NCBI GenBank assembly: GCA_963575745.1
Contig: CAUYUJ010000188.1
Coordinates: 1 to 64,000, forward strand
DNA length: 64,000 nt
Source of the DNA: Prorocentrum cordatum
Lineage: Eukaryota
Direction of reading: 5' to 3'
A program made the position numbers and the translations under genes. Every line of letters begins with the position of its first letter. The first letter of the stretch is position 1. Of the stretch, positions 36,940 to 50,408 are shown piece by piece. Below the pieces are notes generated by a model. It was not told the DNA's origin, searched no databases, and was given only the letters and a program-made list of their open reading frames with translations.

Positions 36940-38744
36940 CTCTACCTGTAGAGGAGGGGAGCGCCCCCCTCCCCTTCCCCCTCTCTCCGAGCAGTGACTC
37001 GGGCGATCCAGGGGCCAGCTTTTGGCCGTGGTGGAGCCAGCCACCCGGGCCTGCCCGAAGCCCGCGCGGTGCCAGCCTCGGCCCACGTCGGCACCCTCGG
37101 GTGGGCCTCGCGGACCGCCCGGGAGGCCACGGGGGCCGGCCGGGGAGACCCAAATAGGCGGAACCCCGGAGGCTGTCCAACCTGAATCACTCAGGTTGTT
37201 TCACAACCCACTGGAGGGGCCCGTCCACAAGAAACCTTCCACACGAAACCCAACCCTGAGACCTCGGGTCGTCCATTGACGTTTGGCGTGGGGCCGTCCC
37301 GTTGTCCATGGCAAAACCATCGAACACCAAGAAACCCAGGGCACCCTGGAGGCAAGCAGGGTGTTTCGTGGCATGGGCCTCGACTGTAGGCTGAACCCCT
37401 GAGGTTGTTCAAACCTGAATCATTTAGGTTGGGGATTCAGCCGATACGAAGATCGCACAACAGCAGCTGTTGTTGTGTGCTCTTCATGTCCTTGCAAATC
37501 CCGTCGGCTGTTGTGATCTTTGCGACCATCGCCACATCGTTCGTAACAAAGCGTCCAGGACGGCCCAAGAACCCCCCCAAGGCATGCCGAATAGTTCCCA
37601 AGAGGCGCTGGCTCCATGCACAAGGAAAACACACAAAATTCGCCATGCACACCCCACTCGCCAAAATTGCCCGCAAGGTGGGCTACCCGATTGAAGCATT
37701 CGCCAAAATCAGACCCTGTAAGGCCTCGAGCCGATCGGCGCAGCCCAATTCTGGGAGTGCTGACCTGGACGGAGAAGGGGGGGGAGATCCTCCGAATGGA
37801 CAGCCGCCCGCATGTGCTTGATGCCACTCGGGCCCGTCTGCCTGTCATGTCAGTTCGCGTCCGTGCCTTTCGAATCGATGCAATCCAAGCTCGCGCTGAG
37901 GAGGAGGAGGAGGAGGAGGAGGAGGAGGAGGAAGAGGAGAAGGAGGGGCAAGGGCTCCAGAGAGAGGGGGAGAGGGGGGGAGTGGAGGGCAGCCCATGAT
38001 TCGGAGGGCATGCATTGCGCAGGCCGAGCAAGGGCGCAAAAGATTGCCCATCTTGCAACATGGGCGACACGGAGCAAGCCCAGATTCGGAGCGCCGTGTG
38101 CAACCTCTGGCGCAACCTGTGGCACAGAGCGGGCAGAGCGGGGCAACTCGTGGTGCCGAGGGCGCGCCGTGCGAACCTGTCGCGCAACCTGTGTGATGCG
38201 CACCCTGCGGCGCAACCGATGGTGCAGTCTACGTCGCCAACCTATGGCACACCCGTTGGCGCAATATATGGCGTGACCTACAGCAGCCGTCGGCCTTCGG
38301 CGCAGCCTATGACGCCACCTGTATCGACCGAAACGTCAAGGTGCTCTGGAACCGATGCATGATTCGGTGGGGCGGTGCCGTGTACAATGCCGCGCCGTGC
38401 CGTGTCGCGGCGTGTCCTTGCACATGCTTTGTTGAGTCTCGCTTCATGATGAGAAATCCCACCAGCCCTTTGGGCGTGAGTGGTTTAGAGAGCTATCTCT
38501 GTTCTCAACCCCCCTTCTTCCCCTTCGGGGAGGGGTTTACCCCTCCCCCTACCCCCTCCCCCTGGGCCTGGAGAGGGCGTTCCGCGGGTCGTTGGAGGGG
38601 TCTTTTTCGACTCCTGGGAGGGCTAAAAAACGACACCCCTCACGAGGATTCTGGCCCCGACGGGGGGGGGGGAGAAAAAAACCCTCCCCATCTTTGATCG
38701 ATCGCCCGAAAGTAGGCCCCAAGATACCTCCCAGACTCCTCCCA

Positions 38745-39314
38745 AAGAGCCCCAAGAGGCCCCAAGAGGCCTCCAAGAGGCCCCCAAGAGGCCCCCAAGA
38801 GGCTCCCAAGAGGCCCCAAGAGGCTCCCCCGAGGCATCCAAGACGCTCCTGGAAGCCCCTGGGGCCGCCGAGAGGCCCCCAAGACGCCCCAAACGGCCTC
38901 CAAGAGGCTCCCAAGAGGCCCGAAGAGGCTCCCCCAAGGCACCCAAGACGCTCCTAGAAGCCCCTGGGGCCGCCAAGAGGCCCCCAAGACGCCCCAAGAA
39001 CGACTCACACCAGGACGAGGCGCCCGAACGACTCACACCACGAGGAGCCCGAACGACTCACACCACGACGAGGGCCCGAACGACTCACACCACGAGGAGC
39101 CCGAACGAGTCACACCAGGAGGAGGGGCCCGAACGACTCACACCAGGACGAGGGGCCCGAACAACTCACACCACGAGAAGCCCGAACGACTCACACCAGG
39201 ACGAAGAGCCCGAACGACTCACACCACGAAGAGCCCGAACGACTCACACCAGGAAGAAGGGCCCGAACGACTCACACCAGGACGAGAAACCCCAAACGAC
39301 TCAAACCACGAGGA
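38745..39314. repeat. 11-bp (GGCCCCCAAGA)n array followed by a ~22-25-bp (CGACTCACACCA.GA.GAGGGCCCGAA)n minisatellite
   Basis: Direct reading. Confidence 0.9.
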
Positions 39315-40551
39315 GCGCTTTCTCTCCCTCCTCCTCCGCCTCGTCCTTCTCCCGCTCCCACCACAAGGAGGATGTACAAGGAGGCGGGAGGAAGGAGGAA
39401 CAGGGGAGATATGCGGGGGCAGGCGGAAACCCGCCTGAAAAACACGACTGTCGGCATGCTTCGCAAGAGTTGCTGTTTTGAGATGGGCTGGTGGGGATAC
39501 GCGAAACGTGAAGAATTGGAGCCCTCTAGCCGGACATATTCAAAATGTTCAAAGAACCTGGACTGCGCTGAATGATTCTGGCATCGCAGCGGAGGGGCAC
39601 TTTGGGAGAGGAAGGGCACTGGGAACTACAGAGGGGAGGGCAGTTCGAAGGGGAATGGAAAGAGAAGAACGAGCAAGAGGGAACTGGGGATAAAAGATGG
39701 AGGAGGTGGAGTAAGAGGAGGGGCGAGGAGGAGAGAGGAGGAAGGAGCAGGAGGAAGGAGGAGAACGGAGGAAGTGGAGGGAAGAGGAGGAGGCAGAAGT
39801 CCAGCCGCAGCTGCGGCCACAGATTGCTCTGCATGCGGGGGGCTCCCCCCCGACGGAGAGGTCGACCCCGCCTCGTCGGAGCAACGGGAGTTGACTTGAG
39901 TCAGGCGGAACGTTAGAGGGGGGGGGACTGGCTCGGGGAGGGGAACATCGACTTCGAATCGGTGGTACATCGCCGATGGATCGGCAATTGGCTCCCGATA
40001 GCGAATCTGCAAGCTCCTGGCGACGAGGCACGGGCGATTGGGGGTCGATGCGCCCCTCCTGAGCCTATCCCCCCGAACGTTGCGCCTGGTTGAGGCCGTG
40101 GGGGGTCGTGGCGCGACCCCAGCGCTAATAGTGGAACTCGGAGCAGGTGAGCCGGCGGCGCGCAGAAAGGGGGGTGGGGGCGTCTTGGGCCGTCGGAAGG
40201 CCGACAAGAAGCAAGTGCCAAAAACTGTGTAGAACAAACAATAGAAAATCACCGAGGGAGGAGGGAGGAGGGAGTGAGGAAGGAGGAGCGAGGAGTGAGG
40301 AGTTAGGAACGCGGGGCGCTCATGTCAGCACGAGGACACAACACAACAAGATGGCCGGGAAAACACACAGAGAACAATCACGGAGTTTGGCCTCTCCGGG
40401 GCTCCCCGGAGGGCCTGCTATAGAGGCCTCTCGGGCCGTCCCTCACTCCTCGGCCTCGCGCGCGTCGTCCTTTTTCGCAGGATGGCCCCCTAGGCTCCTC
40501 GAGGGTCCTCGCCGAGAAAGAGAGGGGGGAAGAAAACAACAACAACAATAA

Positions 40552-40582
<31 letters not shown>

Positions 40583-41351
40583 AACAATTACTAGCACGTG
40601 GGGACACTCCGTTCTCACCAGTGCCAAGGTTTTCATAGGAGGCGGGCAATACCCCCACTTTGTGGGGGGGCCGGTTCAAGCTCTACCAAATTTCCAAACG
40701 ACTCTTCGCCACCACCCACACCCAGCTTCCCGCCCTATGACGTTCGGACACTTCACTTCGTGGCATGCGGACGACCGTGGCTACTATTCAGGGCCCCGCG
40801 GCCGACGACGACGGCGTGCGCGCGCGAAGAAAAAACGAATGTGTCCCGCATGGTATTATTTGACAGGGATGATGGCCCTGGCAGGTGCGCAACCGTTGTT
40901 GCAGAAGTTCGAAAAAGTTGCTCGCAAAAGCCCGTTTGACAGAAATGTTTAAAAAGTGTTGGGTTTCCTACGAATCCGCAAGAGCGCGCGGGATGAAATT
41001 TTGACAATTTGTTTAAACAAACCATTGTTGTTTTGATGTTTTTATGTTAAAATCGCTACGAAAACTAAGGTTTTGGAAGGATTTCGTCTTGCGCGCGCGA
41101 ATGTCCACTTTACCTTGTTTTTTGCAAGGGATTCTTGAAATTTGGTTATGTTAGAACAAGAAATGTCCGCTTTAGCTTATTTTTTGCAAGGGAAAGCGGG
41201 TGTCAACAAAACAACCGGATCCGGACTCCCCCGTTTTGCCTGAGACTTCCTCACGAAAATGATGAAAATGTGGCTGCGGTCTAGGCGCGGCGGGGGGGGC
41301 GTGCACCAGGGGGCCCAACAATAATTATTCTTTAGAAGTAATAATGTTCAA

Positions 41352-41401
41352 CAGCAGCAGCAGCAGCAGCAGCGGCGGCGACGGCGGCGGCGGCGGCGGC
41401 G

Positions 41402-41432
<31 letters not shown>

Positions 41433-41510
41433 CAACAACAACAACCACAAACACAGCAGCAACAACAACAACAACAATAACAACAACACCATCACCAACA
41501 ACAACAGCAA

Positions 41511-41542
<32 letters not shown>

Positions 41543-41543
41543 T

Positions 41544-41597
<54 letters not shown>

Positions 41598-41651
41598 GAC
41601 TACGACTACTACTACACTACTCTACTACTACTACTACTACTACTACTACTA

Positions 41652-41687
<36 letters not shown>

Positions 41688-41784
41688 GACTACACCAACA
41701 ACAACAACCACAAACACAGCAGCAACAACAACAACAACAATAACAACAACACCATCACCAACAACAACAGCAACAACAACAGTA

Positions 41785-41854
<70 letters not shown>

Positions 41855-41976
41855 GTACTACTACTACTACTACGACTACACCAACAACAACAACCACAAA
41901 CACAGCAGCAACAACAACAACAACAACAAGAACAACAACAGCAACAACAACAACAACACCAACAACAACAACAACA
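41352..41976. repeat. Compound CAG/CGG/CAA/TAC trinucleotide tract with an internal duplication
   Basis: Direct reading. Confidence 0.9.
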
Positions 41977-42859
41977 CACAAAAAAACGTCCGAGCGATGC
42001 CAAACTCTTGGAGGACTCTCGGGGGCGAGGGCGGCGGCATCCCGGGAGGCCTCTCCCTGGAGGGGCCCGGCCCCCGCCCCGGGCGAGCCCCGCATCGGAT
42101 CGCGAGGTCGGGTCGGCGAGCGGAACGAATGGGGGGCGGCTGGGGGGCCCACCTGCGAGGCCTGCCCCTGCCCCCCCCCGCGACTTCCCGAGGGGGAGGG
42201 CGGGGCTCACTGCGCTCAGAGGCTCCCGAGCCAAGTGAGCCCCACCCTTCCCCTCAGAAAGTCGTGGGGGGTAGGGGCAGGGCTCGCACGTGGCCCCCCA
42301 TCGGCAGAAATCGGCAGCCAAGTCGGGAGAAGTCGAGTCGGCAGAAGTCGGCAGGCTACCGTAGGCCTCCAATGAGGAATCGGCATCCAAGTCGGAATCC
42401 GAAGTCGAATCGAATCGGAATGGGAGGCCATCGAAATCGAATCGAACGGGAGGAATCGAAATGAGCCCTGTCGCCCTGGATGGGGCATCCGGGAGGGCCT
42501 CGCGCAGGCAGGGGGGCCTCTCGGAGGGGCGCGGCCCCCCTCTGGGAGGCCCCCAGGAAGGCCTCCTGGAGGGCCTTGCCATCGCTGGGACGTCCATTCA
42601 TTGTTCGACCTCGTGCGTGTATGTACTTTGTTCGCGAGATGGTCTAATATGCTCCTCGATGGCCCTCGCCGAGAGAAAAAACACACGCCCGAGCGATGCC
42701 AAAAGAAATGCCTCGTGGAAGGCAGGCGGGTGAGCCCGCAGGAGCGCCCCCTGTGGACCTCCGAGGCCCCGCAAACACGATTTCGACCGGACTTCGTCCA
42801 GATTTCTGCCGCCCCTCCTCACACTTTCGTCCAGAGTTCGTCCAGACTTCGCCCAGACT

Positions 42860-43050
42860 GATGTTGTTCCCATCGTACTTAACGACCACATCCCAGAAAC
42901 CTGGAAAAGTGTCGAAAGAGTGTCGAAACAGTGTCGGACGAGTGTCTCCCAGGGCCCGACGCGTGAAAACCCTCGAGTTTCGGTATTTTTCTGGTGCTCG
43001 AAATTCGTTCTGGCGATCAAGGTTAAAGCAGGTTGGAACATCATAAGCCC
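42860..43050. repeat. Dispersed repeat, second copy at about 54562-54778; other dispersed families at 21830-22040/39790-40022 and 46280-46430/60735-60890/63330-63472
   Basis: Long shared stretches, for example CGAAACAGTGTCGGACGAGTGTC...AACCCTCGAGTTTCGGTA...GGTTGGAACATCATAA. Confidence 0.8.
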
Positions 43051-46000
43051 AGACTTCGCCCAAGCCTTGTCCAGTCTTGTCCAGCGCAAACACCGCTTGC
43101 GCTCGAGCGAATACACCTTATTACATAACGTCATTGAACTTACACGTGTCGAATGTATGCTGGTGTTCACCTGTTTTCGTGACCTATTTTACGGCTACTT
43201 TGAAAGTATCCAATTCCACTCGAGAAAAACCCGAATCAGTGGATGGTTTTCGCTGAGGAGATCGACCGGGAACCCAGGAGCCCGGGAACCCAAAACCCAC
43301 CGAAATCGGCCCAGAACCATTAAACGGGAGCCCGGGAACCCAGAACCGGGAACCCGGGAACCCAACCTGCTACCAAAATCGGCGGGAAACTTCCGCCAAA
43401 TCTTCCAACTTCCGCTATGACCCCTTCAGTGCAAGCACTGATTGGGGAACATACCAGCACCTCTCTATATTACCTTCACTCTAAGTCCAGACGTCGACGA
43501 GATCCGACGCAGCCCAGACGACGCTCCCCAGACCGCAGGGAGCTCTGGGGCCCTCTTGAGGCTCCTACACGAGGGGACCACGCAAGGGTAGGAGAGCTCC
43601 TGTTGGAGGCTTCGAAATGGGCACCAACACCAACACAACGGTTTTGCCTCCACAGGGGGAAGATGATCCTAGATTCCGCGGTTGGTGGTAATCTTTCGGT
43701 CACTTTGGACGCCAGGATATCACCACCATCACCGAGATCGGGATCTTCTTCCCTCGGTGGAGGCGAACCGCCGGTATTGGTGCTGGTGTCAGCCTCTAGG
43801 CCTGCGATCCTGAGATGGGGGAAGAAAAGATGACATAAACATAAGAACTCGGAGGTCCGCGCGGATTTCTTGGATCCGCGCCGGACCCCCCTCCCTGGCG
43901 CGCGGAACGCGCCAGGGAGGGGGCCCCAGCGCCGATCCGAGAAATCCGCGCGGACCTCCCAGTTATCATGTTCATGTCGTTGTCCGTTCCCCCATGAGAG
44001 GCGGGGGGGGAGCCACCTCCGAGGGCCGCCCTCTTCGCCCCCCTCCCCCTTCTGCGCCCCGGCAGATCAGCTCGGTGGGCTCGCCCATGCGGCGAGAGCC
44101 AGCAGCGCGGCGCGGCTTCCCGCCGGCGCCGCCCTCCCATCTGCCGGGTGCCCCGCACGCCCGTTGGCGTGCAGTCGAGTCATGGCCAGAATAATGCGGG
44201 TCAAGAACATGAGCCCCTTCCTGGAAGGCCCACGGCCCCGTGGAAGCACTCCAGACATTGAAACATTCCGAGGTGGAGAGAGCCCCAAATCGAAGAACGT
44301 AAGAGGTATCTCTCCAGAGCCAAGGTAATTATTCTGGGTCAGAAAACAACTCACGGAAGCGTCTGGTCGTCCCCATGGCGCCCAACAGCGCGCCCAACCG
44401 CGGGCAAAAAGGGCATCATGCATCTCCCTGACATGGCGTTGTTGGACGGTATTGGTCGCTATTCGGCGCTGTGTGAGCGCTATTCGGCGCTGCTGGGTGC
44501 TATGGGGCGCTATTCGGCGCTGTTGGGCGCCGTATCCGCCGACACACCCTCGACCCAAGGCGAGCGGAAGCTCCCGTGATCTGCTCTCTGATGTGAGCCC
44601 TCGTGCCACCTGCGCTCCACACTGCGGCCCTCCACACTTCTGGCGGGAGCACGGGAGCACAGCACAGCACCAAGCGCGTGCTCACGGCCCGCAGCCTGCG
44701 CCCCGAGGCCTCACCGAGCCTGCGCCCCGAGCACGCCTCGCGACAAGCCCATGGGCCGCACGAGCGAGGCGGCCGCGAGAGCAGCCCGGTCGGGACACGC
44801 TGCGGCCCTCCGCACGTCTGGCTGGAGCACGTGGGCACAGCAGCCGCGTCAAGGTACGCGTGCCTCCACGGCCTGCGCCCCGGCCACCGGGCCGAGCTCC
44901 GAGCACGCCTCGCGACATGCCCGCGGGCCGCACGAGCGAGGCAGCCGAGGGAACGGCCCGACGAGGACGCGGCGGGGCCGAGACTGGGGGCGTCCAGGAG
45001 AGGGGGCGTCCAGGAGCTGGCGGCGCGCACAGGGGGGTAGGGGGAGGGGGGAAGGCTTCGTGAAGGAGGCTGCGTCTTAGAAGGCACGAGCCTTACACTA
45101 CAGACAGGGCTCGCGCCTCTAAGAAATAGGGGGGCTTCTAAGAAGCATTCTCCCCTCCCCCTACCCCCCTCTGCGCGTGGCCGGAAGAGGGAGCTTCGAA
45201 AAACATGGCCCCAGGCATGTGCGCGGACCCCGAGGGGGCGGGGGGGGGGTGCGGGAGCGCCTCGAAACACAAAGAAGAGGGGCCACGACTTCCGGGGAGG
45301 CATCCTGGCCCCAGCCACCACGTCTACCCCCCCCCCAGTCATCCCCCCCCCCCCCGTGGCCGCCCCCCAGGGCCACAGCCATGACATTCCTCGTCAACAG
45401 GGGGGGGGGGCAGTCTACTCTGGGTTTCTTAACAAGCGTGGGGGGGTACCCCCCCGACGGGGGTCAACCTCGCCTCGGGCCTCGTCGTCGCGCCGCGACG
45501 GGGGCCGGAGCGCCTTCGGCGCGCGGCGGCTGCCCGCGACGGGGGTCGATGTGGGGCTGTCAGCAGGGGTGACGCCCCCCAGACGCTCATTAAGAAACTC
45601 GGAGTGCGGGCGCGGTCGCAAGAAACCCTCGCAAGAAACCCAACCCTGGAAACCCGCGCGCGAGGTGCACCTGAGAGGAAACCTGGAGCACCATGAACGC
45701 AGCAGCTCCTTCAGCGGCTGCGGGAAGTCAACGCGCAGCGCGAGGAGCGAAGAAACCCAGGATACCCTGACGAAAAGCATATGGTTTCTTGATGCGCGCC
45801 CCCAGCTGTAGGCCTCCCTCCTCTGGGGTCGGAGGAATGCCAAGTTGGCCGCCCCCAAACGTGAGCACAGCAGGAGCGTCGAGGCGTCAGGGCGCGCGCG
45901 GGCCCGCCCGGCCCGCGCCCCGAGGGCCCCTCCGAGAGCCAGGCTCCGGGGACCACGCCCCGAACGACGAGCCCCGCGGGCCGCGCCGCGAGGCGGCCGT

Positions 46001-49000
46001 TGGAGCAGCCCGATCGGGACGTCGGGCGTCTTGCCATCGCTCGTGCGAGGCGGGGATTCATCCATATCCACCGCCTGGGGACCGACGTCCTGGCGCCCTA
46101 GCGGGCGGTGGATTATGGAGATGTTTCGGCCCCCAGGGGCCCGAATATGTCCGTGTCCACCGCCTGCCGAGGCTCCGGAAACCGATCCTCCAGGCGGTGG
46201 TCATGTATAAGTTCCAGCCTCGGAGCTCGGACGTCCACTGCGAGCGATTTGTTTCATTCGGCGTTTCTGAAGGGGCCCCAAGACACACAAAAATAAGTAC
46301 ACACACAAATCCCAGGACTTCCCACACTTTCCCCATATTTCTGGGTTTTCGTCTTCCCCCCCGACTTCCCATCATTTCCCATATTTTCTGGGGAGTTGAC
46401 GATGAATTGTGTCTGTGTGTTTTTTCCCCTCCGAGTTTCGACACTGGGCGGCAAGGGGGGGGGAGGGGGGGGGTCTGGCTCCGGACCTCTGCTTAGCGCG
46501 GCTGTTTGCAGAAGCGCGTCCGACGGGGGAGGGCCCCCGCCATCTCGAAACAGGCGGCCAACACAGCCAAGATCGACTCCATGGGGGGGCAGGGAGGGGG
46601 GGCAAGGGCCCGCGCCGATCGGCGGAACAAGGAAGAAGAAAGCGACCACCATTCCCCCGAGCATGTTTCGGTTTCGTGCGTGTCTTCTTCTTCTTCTTCT
46701 TCTCGGCAGGCTGATCCAGGATGCTCTCCGATGATCCTCGCCGAGAAAAAATGCACACGCCCGAGCAATGCCAAGGCGCTGCTTGATGGGGGGGATGATA
46801 AGCGGGCGGACGAAAAGACGTGCACCTCTCGTGCACCCATGGGGACCAAAAAACGATGATGGACAGAATCCCCTTCAGCAAAACGCAGTTTAGTGAAAAC
46901 GACCTCGGGCCCAAACCTGGCGGGCGCAAGCCTGGAACACGACGGCCGCGGCGCCCTCTCGAGAACCGAAAACGGACAATTCACCAACCGACGTGTCAGG
47001 GTGGGGGTCCTGTCCACCCCCGAAACGAAACGGCACAAACAGGATTCCCCTGAGGTCCGGGCGGACCTCCTGGATCGGCGCTAGACCCCCCCTCCCTGGC
47101 GCGCGGAGCGCGCCGCGGCGCCCTAGGGGGGCCCAGCGCCGACCCGAGAAATGAGCGCGGAGCGCTCCGAGAAACTGTAGATGTTCTCAGTTGTGTACTC
47201 TTCTACGGCAGGTTCGCGTCGTGCCGACCCCAGCGTTGGTTTTTGACGCCGCAGGGATCGTTCAACCTTGAACGATCGGCCGCTGCCGCAACGTCCGATC
47301 GTTCAACATCGATCGATTCTGGGTCGCCGGCGGCGTTCAACCTTGAACGTCCGCGCTGGGGTCGCCGCTGGTCGACACGACGCAAACTTTCCGTACCGAA
47401 GGTGCACGAAAGAAGCAGCGTCCTTCACCCCCCGTTCATCGCCATCCCCATGATCGCCCCTTCGCTACGTATGACGGGGTGGGGCAACAAGCGGGACTGG
47501 GCGAAGAATCGTGCATCCTTCGTGCATCTCTGGTGCCCCAGGGGGCTCCATCGCGGGCCCGGAAGGTGCACGAAGGGTGCACCTTCCTTCATAGAGGCCT
47601 CCCAAATGGGGTCGGGGTAGATGGGGTCGGAGGCTCGCGCCGCATCGTCGACGCCTGACCGATGCATCGGCGATGCTTCGTCGACGTCGGCGTGTAGAGA
47701 ATCGGGCTCCACATCGAGCCGCATCGCCGATGCACTCGCGATGCGGCACTATCATCCGACCCCAACTCATTCCTCCGACCCCAAATTATTGAAAAGGGCC
47801 CCGAACCCTTTGGGAGGGACTCAAGTTATGAGGGCCAGAAACATTGGGGATAGGGGGTCTGGTCTGCAGATGCATCAGACCAAACCGCCCAGACTTAGTA
47901 TCCCTAGTACGAAGACGTGGACCTCAGTGAGGCCACGTCTCCTGACGACCTACCAGACCACCCCAACCTAACCCGAAGACCCGAATTTCGGGTTGGGGGG
48001 GGGGCGGATTCCACATGTGTTTTTTCAATGTTCCCCGAACCTCCCCCACTGGAAATGGAGGGCAAATCGGGGCCTTCGGGTTGGGTTGGGGTGGTTTCGT
48101 GGGCGGTGATCTCCATCGTGTTACTACTTGGGTTAAGGGGCCCCTTTGCTCTCAGTGAAAAAAGGGAGGCCTAGACTTCGCCCCCCTCCGTCCGTCGGGC
48201 GCAACGACGGACGCAGGCGGCGCCGAGAGGCTGGCGGACCGCGCCCGCGGCCGCGCCCGCGCCGACGCTACCCGCCGCGCGGCGGCGGCGCGTGCCGCAC
48301 GAGGATCGCCCGCTCGAGCCCCTGGGAGTCTCGGGCTGGCGAGCCCTGGACCTCACCAGCGGAGGACGTATGTCCGTATCCGCGCCCTCGCGGTCTGGTT
48401 TCCGGAGCCGCGCTCCTCCTCCTCCTCCTCCTCCTCCTCCTCCTCCTCCTCCTCGTCCTCGTCCTCCTCCTCCTGTGCCCCACTCCCCTGGGATCGACCG
48501 CGAGGGCGTGGATTCTGGGGTCCATGGGGACGACCACGATCCCGCGGACACGAGGTCGCGCGGATATGATCCGCGCGGGGCATCCGCGAAATAACGCCCC
48601 GTATCCGCGGGTCGCGGCCCGGGGGCCTGGCCCGCGAGGCCGCGGATGAGAATGCGTTTTTCGCCCAAGAGGACCCGCAGCCGCCCTCCGGAGGCGGCCT
48701 CCACCTGGGCGGGCGCGAACCGAGGGACGAGAAGAAAGGGGCCTCACGCGAGAGGACAGAGCGACCTCTACGCCGCGGCTTACGCGGGCCGCTGGCGTGG
48801 CACACGCCGCGTGGAGCAGACGGCGCCTGTACGCGCGACATGACGCGAGCAGTACGAGCAGCTGACATTGTCCGCGCAATGGTCCGCGCAGTTGGCCCCG
48901 TCTTCTTCCGTCGCCCACATCTGCGCCTGAGCCGGTCCCTGGCCGGGCCCGCCCTGGGCCCATGGTCGGCGCGTGGTGCGCCCTTCCCGCCTCGGCCAGG

Positions 49001-49811
49001 AAGGCACGTGCAGATCCACCGATGGGCCGGTGCGCCCTTCGCGACTCGGCCACGAAGGCACGTGCACACCCATTGATGGGCCGATTTTCCACCACCACTA
49101 CCAGAGGAGGAGGAGGAGGAGGAGGAGGAGGAGGAGGAGGAGGAGGAGGAGGAGGAGGAGGAGGAGGAGGAGGGGGAGGGAGGAGGGAGGAGGAGGCCCT
49201 CTCCATCCTCCCTTCTCCCCCGTCCTACCTGTGGTTGCGGTCGTGGAAAACTGGGCCATCAACCACCCCTGGGCCCGGGATCAGCCTGGCCACTACCGCC
49301 GGTGCAGGTGCACAACTGTGGGGGACCCGAACTGTGCCGATACACCGCTACTCCCCGGGCCTCTCCCGCGGTGCGATCTGACCAGACTTTTGAAGCGAGT
49401 CCGGCCGTGGCGACGAGGGCCTCCCAGGAGGCGCGAGGCGAAGACCGCAGCAGGGTCTCGCCCTCGATCGGACGCCCATTCCCCGTGCATGTTCCGATGA
49501 CGCGCGTGTTTTTGATCAAGGATGCCCCTCGACGGTCCCCGCCGAAATACACACGTCGAAGCGAGACCAAGGGGTAGCAGTATCAGTACCTCTCCCCCTC
49601 CTCCTCCTCCTCCTCCTTCTCCTCCTCGTCCTCCTCCTCCTCCTCCTCCTCCTCCTCCTCCTCCTCCACCCCTGACATGTTAGCGCACCATGGTGCACCG
49701 CCGCGCCCACGCGCTCGGCGGCCCCGCCAAGCCTGAGAAGAGGAAACCTCACCCAAGACCTACCAAACAACCCCAACCAATCCCGAAGACCCACATCTCG
49801 GATTGAAGGGG

Positions 49812-50408
49812 GGAAGGAGGAGGAGGAGGAGGCGGAGGAGGAGGAGGAGGAGAAGGAGGAGAAGCAGGGGGAGGAGGAGGAGGAGGAGCACGAGCAGGAG
49901 GAGGAGGAAGAGGAGGAGGAGATGGAGGAGGAGGAGGGAGGAGGAGGAGGAGGAGGAGGAGGAGGAGGGAGGAGGAGAAGGGAAGAGGAGGAGGAGGAGG
50001 AGAAGGAGGAGGAGGCGGAGAGGAGGAGGAGGGGGGAGAAGGAGGAGGAGAGGAGGAGGAGGAGGAGCGGAGGAGGAGGAGGAGGGGAGAGAAGGAGGAG
50101 GAGGAGGGGGAGACAAGGAGGAGGAGGATGGAGGTGGAGGAGGAGGAGGAGGAGGAAAAGGAGGAGGAGGAGGAGGAAGAGGCGGAGGAGGAGGGAGGAG
50201 GAGGAGGAGGAGGAGGAGGAGGAGGAGGAGGAGGAGGAGGAGGAGGAGGAGGGAGGAGGAGGATGAGGAGGGAGGAGAGTGAGGGGGAGATGAGGAGGAG
50301 GCGAGGAGGGGAGGACGGGGGAGGAGGAGGAGGAGGAGGAGGATGAGGAGGAGAGGAGGAGGTGGAGGAGGGAGGAGGAGGAGGAGGAGGAGGAGGAGGA
50401 GGAGGAGG
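49812..50408. repeat. ~600-bp polypurine (GGA)n tract; other long GGA/CCT tracts at 23330-23698 and 31480-31880
   Basis: Direct reading. Confidence 0.95.

Noticed and set aside
37437..37676. FVTNDVA peptide resembling the CCT8 N-terminal FVTNDAATI motif
   Set aside because: The flanking residues do not match CCT8, no suitable AG|G acceptor is evident, and codon usage is not exon-like; probably chance.
48780..48930. Possible exon AQMWATEEDGANCADHCADN..., and coding-looking stretches at 45640-46070 and 55995-56050
   Set aside because: Reading frame and boundaries are ambiguous and no homology was recognised, so they are not supportable without transcripts.
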